64,000 nucleotides of DNA, taken from the NCBI GenBank assembly GCA_951406725.2, contig OX597815.1, positions 67,952,001 through 68,016,000 on the forward strand, written 5' to 3'. Positions 52,362-64,000 of this stretch are shown one piece after another. Every line of letters starts with the position of its first letter. Within the stretch, counting starts at the first letter, position 1. Below the pieces are notes generated by a model, which saw nothing but the letters and a program-made list of their open reading frames with translations, searched no databases and was not told where the DNA came from. Source of the DNA: Octopus vulgaris (Eukaryota). The position numbers were made by a program, and so were the translations under genes.

Positions 52362-55137
52362 ATCTATTAAATTCTCAAATTTTTCTTCCAAATATCAAAG
52401 GAATCTAACAAAAATAGTCAACCAAATTATTAATTCACCAATAGTACATGTCTTTTCTGATAAAACTGGAAATTTATATTCTATTACCCCAATTCACTAC
52501 CAAGATTTTATCGATAAAGAACTATGTAAATCATATAAAATTACAAACACGTCAAATTTAGAATTGATAAATAATGAACATTGTAAAATTATGTATAAAT
52601 TGGAAGTCGAAGACCGCACAGAAATATACACTCCAAATACACCACACTTCAACTTAAAGGACCACAAATCTGATTTTAATATTAATCCAACTATAAGACT
52701 AATTGGCAGAATCAGTAAAAATATACTTGACCGAATTATATCTATAATGAAGAAAAAAACTCAATTGTAACATTTGGTTTAGCACAGGAGAAGTAATTAC
52801 TTGGTTCCATTTACTACCAAAAAAAACTAACTCGTCATTCTTACAATTTGACATTAATAGCTATTATGCATCTATACTACCGATTATTAAATAAAAATTC
52901 AATTTTATCCAAAAGTCTCTCTGATATTACACCACTTGAAATTGATATAATACTACTAGCTAGAAAAACACTTATAAAATTTAATGAAAAATTATGGTGC
53001 CGTGCCGCAAATAATAATGTATTGGATATTACCATGGGATCTTCTGATTCCGCACAAATTACAGGCTTGGTAGGTTTATATCTGTTACATAAGTCTAGAC
53101 AATGCTTCTCTTTTCTCAAAGGAGGATTATAAAGAGACGATGCTCTCCTGGTTTATAATGGCCGATCCAAAAGAAAAATAGGTAAAATGAAGGAAGAACT
53201 CCATAAATTTTATAAAACTTTGGTTTATCTATTACCTTTGAAGAAAGCAATTGTAAAGCGAATTTCTTAGATGTAACTCTGGACCTCAATACCTCTACTT
53301 ATTCTCCTTTCTATAAACGTAATGAATATCTCAAATATATAAACATTCATTCTAACCATCATATATCATTACTTAATAGCATTGTAAACAGTATATCTAT
53401 TAGAATCTCAGATCTATCCTATAATGAAGAAATATTTAATAATCACGCCAACTATTATAATCAAGCTTTAGCTGCAAATGGATTTAAACAAAATATTAAA
53501 TATATAAAAGATATAAAACTTAAGCTTTATATAGCACAAATGGAACTAAACCAAACTACGCATAATAGTAAACTAAGAAATACAACTAACCTTACCTCTA
53601 ACAACAATATTCAATCAATACAAAAAGATGAAACCTTTGTAAAACATGATAAAAAAAAGAAAATGTTATGGTAGTTATAAAACCAAATATAGTAATAAGA
53701 AAAACACTCGGGAAATACTATGCACATTCCAAAATCAGTGCATAACTATAATAAATGGCCTAGTAGGAGTGAAAATAGGAAAATTATTTGGTGCACGCAC
53801 CCCATTTTCAATAAATGTTAAAAGATTAGCAAAACAGTCAAAAATAGCTTTCCTAATAATCATAAGTATCACCATATATTTAATAGATTAACAATTAAAA
53901 TATCTTTTTCAACATTGCTGAACATAGGATCAATTATCGCCAACTCTAATAGACGAAAACTTAATAAATATAAAGATAGTTTAAGAAATAATAACAACAA
54001 CAATAATACTAGTAATGAAATAGACAATAGTCCTAGAACACTAAATAATACTCAACATAATATTTGTTCAATAGATAACATTACGAGAACACATAGCAAT
54101 ACTATAACAGTAACAAAATCTCAGCAAAATTCCAATAATTATACATCTCAAAGTATCCAATAGGCCTTAGATAATCCAATACCACAATCTAATAACATTA
54201 ATAACTTACAAACAGTAAATATACCTAATTCTATTATAAATGATTCCACAATAAATTCAAATATAGCACCACGCACCATAACAAATAATCATAATAGTAC
54301 TAAAGATTATACCACAGAACAGAAACATATAACTAAATATTGCACATGTAAACATAAAAATCATGTCTTTTTGAAGGCAAATGTAGAAGGTTCAACGTGA
54401 TATGTAAATGCAATGTTACAAAAACTGATAACTCACACAGTATGGTATATATAGGGAGCTCTATTTTAGCACATATACATTCATTTAAACCAAATATAAC
54501 GAGTAACACTACTTCATTGGCTACATATATACACAAACTCAAACAAGAAAAGTTAACTATATATTATCCTGGTCAATCATTGACTCAGCTACACGATATA
54601 CACATAAATCTTCTATTTGCCGTCTTTGTACAAGGGAATCGGTATACATATTATTACATAAACATAATTATTTAATTAATTGCCAATCTGAAGCATTATC
54701 CACATGCAAACATGGGTTTTATGAAACTTTTAAGCACTATAAGAGATCGTCAAGTAAAGAATCATATTAATATCTAATTCTTTTTTATTTTTCATATAGT
54801 GGTATCATAATAATAGTAGGTGTTGACAAGTAAGAAAAAAGAAAATTAAATTTGAATTAATTTGAGTATACACATATTCACATAACATAAATTTTCCATT
54901 GGATAAATGATAGAAATGTCTTCTTGAAATTCGAATCAGTACACCTCTATTGTACAGCAAATTGATTTTAAATATAATAATTTAAATTTTACATTAATTT
55001 ACTCTATATTGTGTCAGTAAACGGCTATATTTACATTTGCATAAAATATAACAATGACATCTTCTTCCATATAATACAAAGTAAGATAGGGGTATGGATG
55101 TAACCCACTATGGGATATCATTTATCCAATATACTTT

Positions 55138-55140
<3 letters not shown>
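52362..55140 (+). mobile_element. Nematis-like PLE (RT plus C-terminal GIY-YIG), decayed, 5'-truncated
   Basis: LKDHKSDFNINPTIRLI, FDI, DITMGS, GGL.RDD, FLDVTLDL, YINIHSNH, CTC..C..GKC, YIGSS, TSLATYIH, CRLC; AT-rich microsatellite on both sides. Confidence 0.9.
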
Positions 55141-55192
<52 letters not shown>

Positions 55193-55620
55193 TACATGTA
55201 TATATACATATCTATACACATATATACATACATATGTATAAATATATACATGTATATACAGATATATACACATATACATATATATACTTATATATACACA
55301 TATACGTATATACACATACATATATACATATATATGCACACATATATATACATATATACATACACATATATATACTTACATACTTATATATGCATACATT
55401 TTTCTATATACATACATATATACATGCATAAATATATACATACATACTTATATATACATACTTATATTTATACATGTATATATTTACATACATACATATA
55501 CACATATATACACATATACACACATACACAGATATACACATACATATATACACCTAAATATACATACATATGTATATAATCCTTATATGCACATACATAT
55601 ATATAAATACACATATATAC

Positions 55621-55654
<34 letters not shown>

Positions 55655-55659
<5 letters not shown>

Positions 55660-58247
55660 AAAACAAAAAAATGAAGAAGTCTTATGCAATAAACAAACTT
55701 CAAACAGAAATTGGAGAGTCAAAACACACAGTTATACACAAACCAAATATCAAACACCAGAATCGGATACAACTACTGTCAAAATGCCAAGAGCAACTAG
55801 ACAAAATCAAAAATATATGAAGAATGACCGGAACAACAGAAGAACCAAACCTCCACATATTAATCCCAAACAAAATTCTACCACTCAGAAAATTACCAAC
55901 ATGAAATGCCAGTGTACATAAAATATTTCACCACAAAAGAGATACCCCTATCCCAAATTCTTTTTTAGGAGAAGATGCCTCCAACTAAATGAAATAAAAA
56001 ATGAAAAAAACACCACCCTTGACGAAGAAAAACTACAGGCACCAAGAATAATCAACAAATCGGCCAAGAAATTAACACAAATGGAAATCAAACTATTACA
56101 AAATGGACTGACTTCCCCCACCCCAAAAGCAGATCAAGCCGATCATATAAAAGACACAGAAGATTTTTGTCGCAAATTGCGTCTAGGAGAGTTTTTCCAG
56201 CATGTAGAATACGAAGAGGAGTCACTAGGGCAAAACAAAAAGAACTTCAAACCACCGCTGGATAGAGGCAGACACTTGGAAGAATACATAACCTGCTTAC
56301 TACGATCAGCCCAGTCAAATATTGCAGAAACGAAGCACAAATACATCTTCTCTATAGACCAACTGCCAGCACTAAACAAATTACAAAAAGACTTCTCAAT
56401 AATCATTAAAAAAGCTGACAAACCTAGAGCAACCGTCACCATGGACAAAAACCACTACAAATATATGATCCTAGAACAGTTGAATAACGAAGGATTTTAC
56501 AGGAAAATCAACAAATGCGAGCAAAAAATAAAGTAGATAAACTGACAACAAAGCACCAAAATAATCTCAACTAAAGGGAATCAATAACTTAACTTTGAAA
56601 TGAAAACCAGTAATTTTTATGGATTACAGAAAGTTCACAAATCCAAAGAAATCTAAAACAGCATAAAATCAAAACTTCATCATATGTCGAAGTACAAAAA
56701 CCGGCAGATTTAAAATTACGACCAATTGTTGCTGGTCCAGCCTCACGCACACAACGTCCAAGCAACTTATTAGACATCATTCTGAAACCCCAATGTAAAA
56801 AAGTGCCAATCAAAGATGATATGAAATTCCTGATCTATATCCCCCCAAAAGTACACCAAGACACAATCTCAGTCAGCTTTGATGTAACAAGCTTATATAC
56901 TAACATCCCACACGAAGTAGGAATTGAAGCGGTTGACTTCTAGATTACAAAACATCTAGATTCCATTTCAGAGAGATTCCCGACAGAGTTTATTTTGGAA
57001 GGGCTCAAATTAATATTGGAGAACAACCACTTCCTCTTTGATAACGAACTATATTTACAAATAAAAGTAACAGCCATGGGCACCAAAGTAGTCCAAACAT
57101 ATGCAACACACGTTATGGCATACCGAGAAACAAAATTATATTCCCAACTGCAGGAAACGTTCAGTCACGACTTCGCTACCTACATTAATAACTGGAAATG
57201 TTACCTAGACTATAGCTTCATCTTCTGGGATAGAAATCAAGAAAACCAGCTAAGATTCCATTCAATCATAAACAAGTTCCATGAAGCAACACAATTCACT
57301 ACGGAATGTAGTAGAAAGGAACTACCATTTCTGGATATCGTTATCATTAAAGAAGAGGAAAATATCAAATTTTTACCTATTTTACAAACCAACACGAATA
57401 CTTAAATTTCCGATCAGCACACCTCTCTCATACTAAAAGGAACATTCCCTTTAACATGGCAATACGCATCTGCACCGTAGTAACACAGCCCACACAACAG
57501 GAAAAGTTTTCATGAACTAAAATGGTTCCCTAAAAGACAAGAATATTCGATGAACCTTATCAATACAGCTATCTCCAAGGCCCAGAACATTCCAGTGACA
57601 ACACGGAGAAAGACAAACCAAAAAAATAAAAAGGACAAAACAGGCATCCCCTTTGTCGTCACTCACAACCCAAGGAACTTCAACATTGTGAAAGCCGCCA
57701 TACAATATCTCCCAATTCTCCAGCAATCTCCCAAAATGAATGCACTCATAAAATAATATATAGCAGATGCCAAACACCAAACCTAAAAAAAAACTACTCA
57801 CCAAGGCGAAATTTACATCTAACACTGAAACAATGTCTGTTAAAAAATTACGGGGTCCCTTGATACAGAACCCTTGATTGAAGAGGATGTACAAATCTCT
57901 TTTAAAAGCAATATTTTCAAAATCAAAGCAAACATGAATTGGAAAACGAAAAACTTAATTTACGGTGCAACTTGCCCACAATGTAAAGAGTACTATATTG
58001 GTACACAGAGTTCGTGTACACAAACAACAAATTAAAGACCCCTCTGTCAGAAAGACCACTTGCAGTGGACACTTCGCATCATGCGGAAAGGGGAAATTCA
58101 CAATCTTACCCTTCTTCAAGTTATGGTCTGACAACAATCATTTTCGGAAGTATAAAACATTACTGAACACATAAAAATGATATTCCAAGTCCACACAATC
58201 CCCAACAAATAATGGGATCTTTTTTATATATGAGGATGGGGTTGCGT
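55655..58247 (+). mobile_element. Second Neptune-like PLE, decayed
   Basis: FCRKLRL, KKADK, LRPIVAGP, FDVTSLYTNIPH, TAMGT, LPFLD, NLIYGATCPQCKEYYIG. Confidence 0.9.
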
Positions 58248-58808
58248 ACACACACACACACACACACATACATACATACATACATACATACATACATGCA
58301 TACATACATACATACATACATACATACATACATACATACATACATACATACATACATACATACATACATACATAAAATACAAAATGAGACAAGAACGCAA
58401 AACATCCGGACAGCTAGGTGATACAAGAAGGGACAACAAAACATCCAGATAGACGATGCAAAGAAAACAAGGACGGGTCATTCGAAGCCCTCTATCCTCA
58501 GTCAAGCACTATATTATCCTCGCAATTTCGGCTGATTATTCTTGGCACGCACACATGCATATATATATATAGGCATGTGTGCGTGGATATGTATGTATGA
58601 GTACGTACATACATGTTTGTGTGTGTGTATGTGCATGTACGTATAGATGTTTGTGTGAGTGTGTACCTATGTAGACGTTGTGAACGCAGGAGGTTTATGT
58701 CTATGTATTGTAGGAATATGGTTGCGTGTACTTTTTATCTTTTTTCTTTGTCCTTTTTCTACCTATCAAAGTAACTTCCCTTTTATTCAACGGTTTTTCA
58801 TAGCGTCT

Positions 58809-58886
58809 GTTGCCATTACTAGCCGACAAGAATGTATCGCAGCTCTTTGCTCCGACATTCGAAACTCCGGCTACTATAATGGCAAC
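58809..58886 (+). ncRNA. Hammerhead-like motif with long helix I, core decayed
   Basis: GTTGCCATTA C TAGC CGACAA GAATGT..ACATTC GAAA CTCC GGCTA CTA TAATGGCAAC. Confidence 0.5.
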
Positions 58887-58962
58887 CTTTTACTGTTTGT
58901 TCTAAATCATAACATATATAATCCTCTATTTCTAATATCGAAGTCTCATTCTTTTGTTGTTA

Positions 58963-59005
<43 letters not shown>

Positions 59006-59008
<3 letters not shown>

Positions 59009-59284
59009 CCTGGGTTTCAAGGGCCCACAGCTTTTTAATATTCTCCCAAAGAGTCTGAGGAACTTGCACAAAGTAGATGTAGCAATTTTTAAATCAAAGC
59101 TGGACATCTTCATGTCAAGAGTCCCAGATGAACCTACCTCACGGCAAGAGGTGCAAATGAGAGTAGCTATATCAAACTCCATTCTTCACCAAGTGCCACA
59201 TATTAGACGAGGTTCGTCGTAATAACAGTGTAGCACAAAACGTCGGTGCGTCAGCATGGCCGCAGCTCTGAGCTGAAACTAGAA

Positions 59285-59293
<9 letters not shown>
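59006..59293 (+). mobile_element. 5'-truncated relative of the CR1-group LINE (3' end only) in (TA)n
   Basis: SLGFKGPQLFNILPK..VPDEPTSRQE aligns with the ORF2 C-terminus at 35370-35582; same 3' hairpin; poly(A) tail. Confidence 0.92.
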
Positions 59294-59324
<31 letters not shown>

Positions 59325-60762
59325 TAGGAGATGTGGTGACAGTCATTCTCTATCACTCATATTTTCCTTTTTCATTCTCATTGTATGCAACTGTTAAGTG
59401 GTTAAAACAACATACTGTTAAAGGAGAGATCCTGTTCTTCAACAGAAGAAAACTTAGATACAACAGCCATCTTAAAAGAGTTTAAAATTGAAATTTCTAA
59501 ACCAAGAGAATAATTTTAAATTTTCAAACAGTTGGTGCATTAGGATTAACAAACTTTGATGTCGAGTAATAATGCAGTAAGAAGATAATTAATAATCCAA
59601 ACTTGCACGAAATACAATTTGTCCTTAATGGTACTTCATGTAGCCAAAAGGGAATTGATGTAAAATAGCAGGATTAGAGGTTCTTGGTGCCTGATTGCTA
59701 CATTTAGTGGTAATTTTTTAAGGTCATTGTTTTTTAGGGTTTTTCTTTTTTTCAGTACCAATCCCAGATGGTGGGTTGGCAAAATTACTAAAGCACCGGA
59801 TTTGGATACGTGATCAGTGGTTCCCACACATTTCGTTTTGTACATACATTCATTAGAATATATCACTAGTCATAACCAATACCACCCCACATTTTTTGTC
59901 CATTTACCACTGACCAAGTACCCAAATCAAGACACTAACACACCAACTAGATACAGTCACGTATCCATCTATCTATACACATGTTTCTTTGAGGAAATTT
60001 CAAATTCTAAAGAAATACAAATTACCACACACACTTATTTGTCCAAAACAATGCCCCCCACCCCACCAAAAAATGATATTCTCATAAAAACAATCTCCAC
60101 CCAAATTAATTCAACCGTGTAAAGCACTGTTCATTAGAAATATTGCTAACAGAACACACCCTTAATTACTTTTACTTTCAAATAAACCAATTCAAAACGT
60201 TCAGTTAAACACCTTACACACACATACATGCACACAATAAAATGATAAACAAAAACATCCCCCACCAAGAAACCATAAACAAATAAATAACACCCCCTCC
60301 CACGATTGCTACAGATACAAATACCTCACTACAGAAATAACGTACACAACCCATGAAAAACCAATAAACACAAGGACTAGACCACACATAAATCAACGTT
60401 GTGTGTGTGTGTATACTCATACACACACGCACACAACCAATACCGAGCTGTAACAGTTACAGCTGGAGATTGCAGTGGCTTGACATGAGAATCTAATTGA
60501 AAAAACACATGCTATCTGTGTGTAAGTGGTTCTTACCAAGAGATTCTGCTTGTGAATGCTAAGCATTTGACAAACGAGATGATGCCCAATGTCAAATAGA
60601 ATGATACTAGACAAGCATCACCCATAAGAGAAGAAACAGCTATAAATTAGAGTGAAAACTGAGAGTTGGTGTTGAAACAAACAATATACACATACGCAAT
60701 TAAGCATACTCGTGTAGCTGTTTCACTTGAGCGACGAGATCGTTTACAGCTAGTGATTGATG

Positions 60763-61204
60763 TCATCATCATCATTAGCATGTATGGCTTAGATGGAATT
60801 TTGTTGGGGTAGTTTTTTTCTCGTCCGGATGCCCCTCCTGTCGCCAACCCTCGCCTGTTTCCAAACATGGCAATATTTCCCCATAACCAGACACGTTTTT
60901 CATGGGGCACTGGAAATGAACATCACTTGTAGGATGATTATGCACATGACGTCGAAATTTCTCTTTGGCCAGATGTCTGCGCAGACACGGCTTGTATGAC
61001 AGTGACCATCATTTACAAGTATCATACACTGTCAAGGCGAGACGCGAGCGCACGCGCATATATGACCAAGCTTCCTTCAGGTTTCATCTACTAAATTCAC
61101 TGCCACGGTTTTTGATTTGGCCTGGAGCTACGCAATGGGACTGAACGCAAATTAGAAAGTACATGGTTGCAATGCAAGCTTCCAACACACACGGCTTCGC
61201 CTGC
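60763..61204 (-). mobile_element. SINE (tRNA head plus RTE-like tail)
   Basis: Minus: head TGCAGGCGAAGCCGTGTG..GTTCAGTCCC; body GGTTGGCGACAGGAGGGGCATCCGG; (GAT)n end. Confidence 0.7.
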
Positions 61205-61776
61205 ACCGATGTTGATACCAATAAGATAAAGCCCACTAAATAATAAACTTGCTGAGAACAAATATTCAAGTAGACCATAGCTATTACCATTCTCAGTTTT
61301 ACTAATAGCAATAATCTATTGAATGGATTAACTTCCCTCACCTACTTATCCCCAACCTCCATCCTTTTTTTTTTATTAATATTATTCCTTAGTCTAAGAA
61401 GTCTTGAAAAGATTAAAAGAACTATTCCTATTTCACCGACTACATTTAACAAACAAAAGATCTGATGAAGATCTAACAAAGTTGCTTAGAAGTAAATTTA
61501 GAAATTACCGAACGAGATGATGAGTCCAATATGAAAGGTTGCGAAAACGTTTGACCACAGAATAAACAACTATAACAACAAAAATACACAACTCTGCCAT
61601 CGTTATGATATTCATGCTCACATAAAATGTATTATTTTGGATGTGAATTTCAGAAATCTGCTTCAAAAGTAGTACACGAAATTATAATCATTTTCTTTAA
61701 TCTTCTGTGTATCAAATCTGAAGTCGATATATATGAAGTCAGGATGGAGTAAGAGATAAGTAGTAACTACCACATT

Positions 61777-61811
<35 letters not shown>

Positions 61812-61981
61812 CGTGCGTGTAAATATCGAACAAAGAGAATGAGGGCTCAACACCGCATTGGTGGATAAAGATTCTTTGTTTTAAGGTTGTCATTGATTTC
61901 ATGTCAAGGAAGTTTTCAACAATATTCAAGTCCATCACATGGAGCATCGGTGTTCGTCTCTATTTTGGATTTATATATATA

Positions 61982-62778
61982 CTAGCAGTATTGCCCGGCT
62001 CGTGCGCTCGTGCGTTCTATGCACGCGCGAATTAAGCTAAACTTGGATGAAGTTCAATCAAAATTCAATTATTTGGGTTTTAAAATCAAGCATTTAATGC
62101 CCTCTATTTTTGCGCTTATGTGTTCCATTTCCTCAATAGGAAGTACGTAGAAGCGTTTCATAAATTTTTGTTGATCAAATAATTGCATTGTTGAATTATT
62201 CTTTTAGATCAGTATTTCTCAACGGGGATTTCAGGGAGTCGCTGGCGATGTATCGTGATGATCAAAAATCCGGCCTGCTAAAATTTGGTTAAAGTGATTC
62301 AAACTGCAGACTCAACGCAAAATGGTCGCATTTAATTCAAAGCGTTAAAAATGTTATGAAAACAATTGGTATGTGTTCACAAAGTCCAAACGATTAATGC
62401 GAAAAAACCCTCCAGGCTACATCCCGAAAATTCATTTCTTTGCCGAATTTCTACAATGTTTACGGGAATTCGTTTTTATATCTTGATTTTTTTATTTTTC
62501 ATGCAATTTACGCATGCTCGCACGCGTGGTGAACACAGTTCAGTTCAAACAGCTGACTGAGTAAAGTTCACTATTCAATGCATGGGATAAGGCCTAAACA
62601 AACGCATTATCGATTTTTGCACTTGCGAGATGAATTTCGGAACAGAAATAGCGCAGTTCAATTTTCATTCGCCTAAACTTTAAGTGACCCATTTTATGTG
62701 GTTCTACGATTTGTTGGCTAGGAGATGTGCCGGGAAGTTAAACACACAGACACACAAGTTGAGTATTATATATATAGA
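61982..62778 (-). mobile_element. Non-autonomous Helitron
   Basis: Minus: A|TCTATATATATAATAC 5' end; GCCGGGCAATACTGCTAG|T 3' end, nearly identical to the 3' end of 31260-31772. Confidence 0.85.
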
Positions 62779-63194
62779 TAAGTTGCTTCCATAAGGTTGA
62801 ATTCGTGAACTGAGCTGACCATCGGAAGCCCAAACACCGAGTTTTCTTGAATTTGCTCCAAGCTTCTGATGACATGGACATGTCCAACGCGCCTACGAAA
62901 CTATCAAGGACTGAGTCAAACATCAAATATACATACACAGTATATATATATATAATCCAGCGTAGATGTGTAAACCGAGTAATTGGTTTCACAGTAAGCG
63001 ATGAGCCAAAGATCCACACCGTGCTCTAACGTCGCATTTTTGACATGGTTTCTATTGCTGGATGCCCTTCTTAATACTGGTCACTTTACAGAGTGTACGA
63101 AGGGCATTTTTATGAGGCACCAGCACTATAAATGTTGTTTTGGCTCTCGGCAAGACTAAAGAGCTCTCTCAAACCTAAATTTTCTTGTTAGCAC

Positions 63195-63312
63195 TTCTCT
63201 AAAATAATTCCTGTTCGTACTGTTCTCTAAAATAATTCTTTCTTGTTTGTGCTGTTCTCTGAAATAATTCTTTCTTGTTCGTACTCTTCTCTAAAATAAT
63301 TCTTTCTTGTAC
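63195..63312. repeat. ~29-bp minisatellite (about 4 units)
   Basis: TTCTCTAAAATAATTCTTTCTTGTTCGTAC-like units. Confidence 0.85.
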
Positions 63313-63769
63313 GTGGTTGCGCCCATCCTTTCCAAGAAATCTCGTTTCTCTTACAGGACACCCCATTGCACTTACCTGAAATTCCCGCTTTCGTACTGGT
63401 AGTCTCCTCTCTTATATCGGTAATATCGCCCCAACTTTTCTTTGTCTCTGGATTAATCCAAACAGATAGCAGCCCACTTAATTTAACATTGGCATATTTA
63501 TATTCATTTTTTATTTCTATTTATATCTGCAGCATCAGTTACACTTATATCTACAATGTTCATAACGCTTATATTTACAACACCCAAAATACTTTCATTT
63601 ACAATGCTTCCTTACTCTCATCCCGCAGTAGAGGCAACAATTTTAACATGTTTGAATGACGATAGGTTAAAAGCGAGAAGAACCGATGTGACGTCTATCA
63701 AATATGGAAACCTTTTCAGGTGCTGAATAACATCTCTCCTTCCTATGTTTCCTCCCACATCCCTTCCCC

Positions 63770-64000
63770 AGTTTTCAGAGTTGGCACTGTAAATGTAGGT
63801 CTAGCGAGATTGTAGAGATGCCTGAACTGAGGCGTGTTGATGTATGCTGCATACAAGAGGTAAGGTGAAGAGTTTCAGCCAGGGTCCTTACAGGTAATGT
63901 ACATAGGTATAAAATCTGGGGAAGTAGTGACGGAGTAGTGGGTGTGGGCATACTTCTTGCAGAGAAATGGGTGGATAAGGTCATAAAGGTAGTCAGGGTG
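63770..64000 (+). mobile_element. RTE-clade LINE APE N-terminus (decayed, runs off the window)
   Basis: FRVGTVNVG..EIVEM..RRVDVCCIQEVR*..GVGILLAEKWVDKVIKVVRV. Confidence 0.8.

Noticed and set aside
52362-55140. Selenoprotein-encoding Naiad PLE with SECIS
   Set aside because: The endonuclease is C-terminal (not Naiad), the Cys codons I checked are TGT/TGC rather than TGA, and no convincing SECIS was seen.
59520-60420. Additional inverted PLE remnants
   Set aside because: Only faint motifs (KSGALVILP, ALFIR); insufficient to define boundaries.
61455-61520. CTGATGA followed by a distant GAAA
   Set aside because: Helices I and III cannot be formed.
63195-63312. CRISPR-like short repeats
   Set aside because: Head-to-tail minisatellite without unique spacers; eukaryotic context; no cas genes.

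Overview
Eukaryotic, AT-rich, microsatellite-saturated DNA with no host gene exon I can recognise. The repeat landscape (dense TA/CA/TACA/AAT arrays, tRNA-derived SINEs, many Penelope-like elements) suggests an octopus or other coleoid cephalopod genome; this is an inference. Contents: one near-intact CR1-group LINE ORF2 (APE+RT, 32706-35582); two decayed Neptune-like and several Nematis-like Penelope-like elements (PLEs); fragments of R4/Dong-, HERO-, Tx1/L1- and RTE-type LINEs; SINEs; two non-autonomous Helitrons; Tc1/mariner remnants, MITEs and long inverted repeats. Most notable signals read by eye: (1) about 15 type I hammerhead ribozyme motifs, including a set whose helix II is expanded into a branched domain, with an apparently intact copy at 36898-37003 (-); (2) a T TTT TTA heptamer in -1 frameshift register ahead of the RT frame in both Neptune-like copies; (3) a SINE/LINE shared 3' tail with compensatory hairpin changes; (4) element families partitioned among specific microsatellite targets. 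Nearly all short ORFs in the track are microsatellite artefacts.
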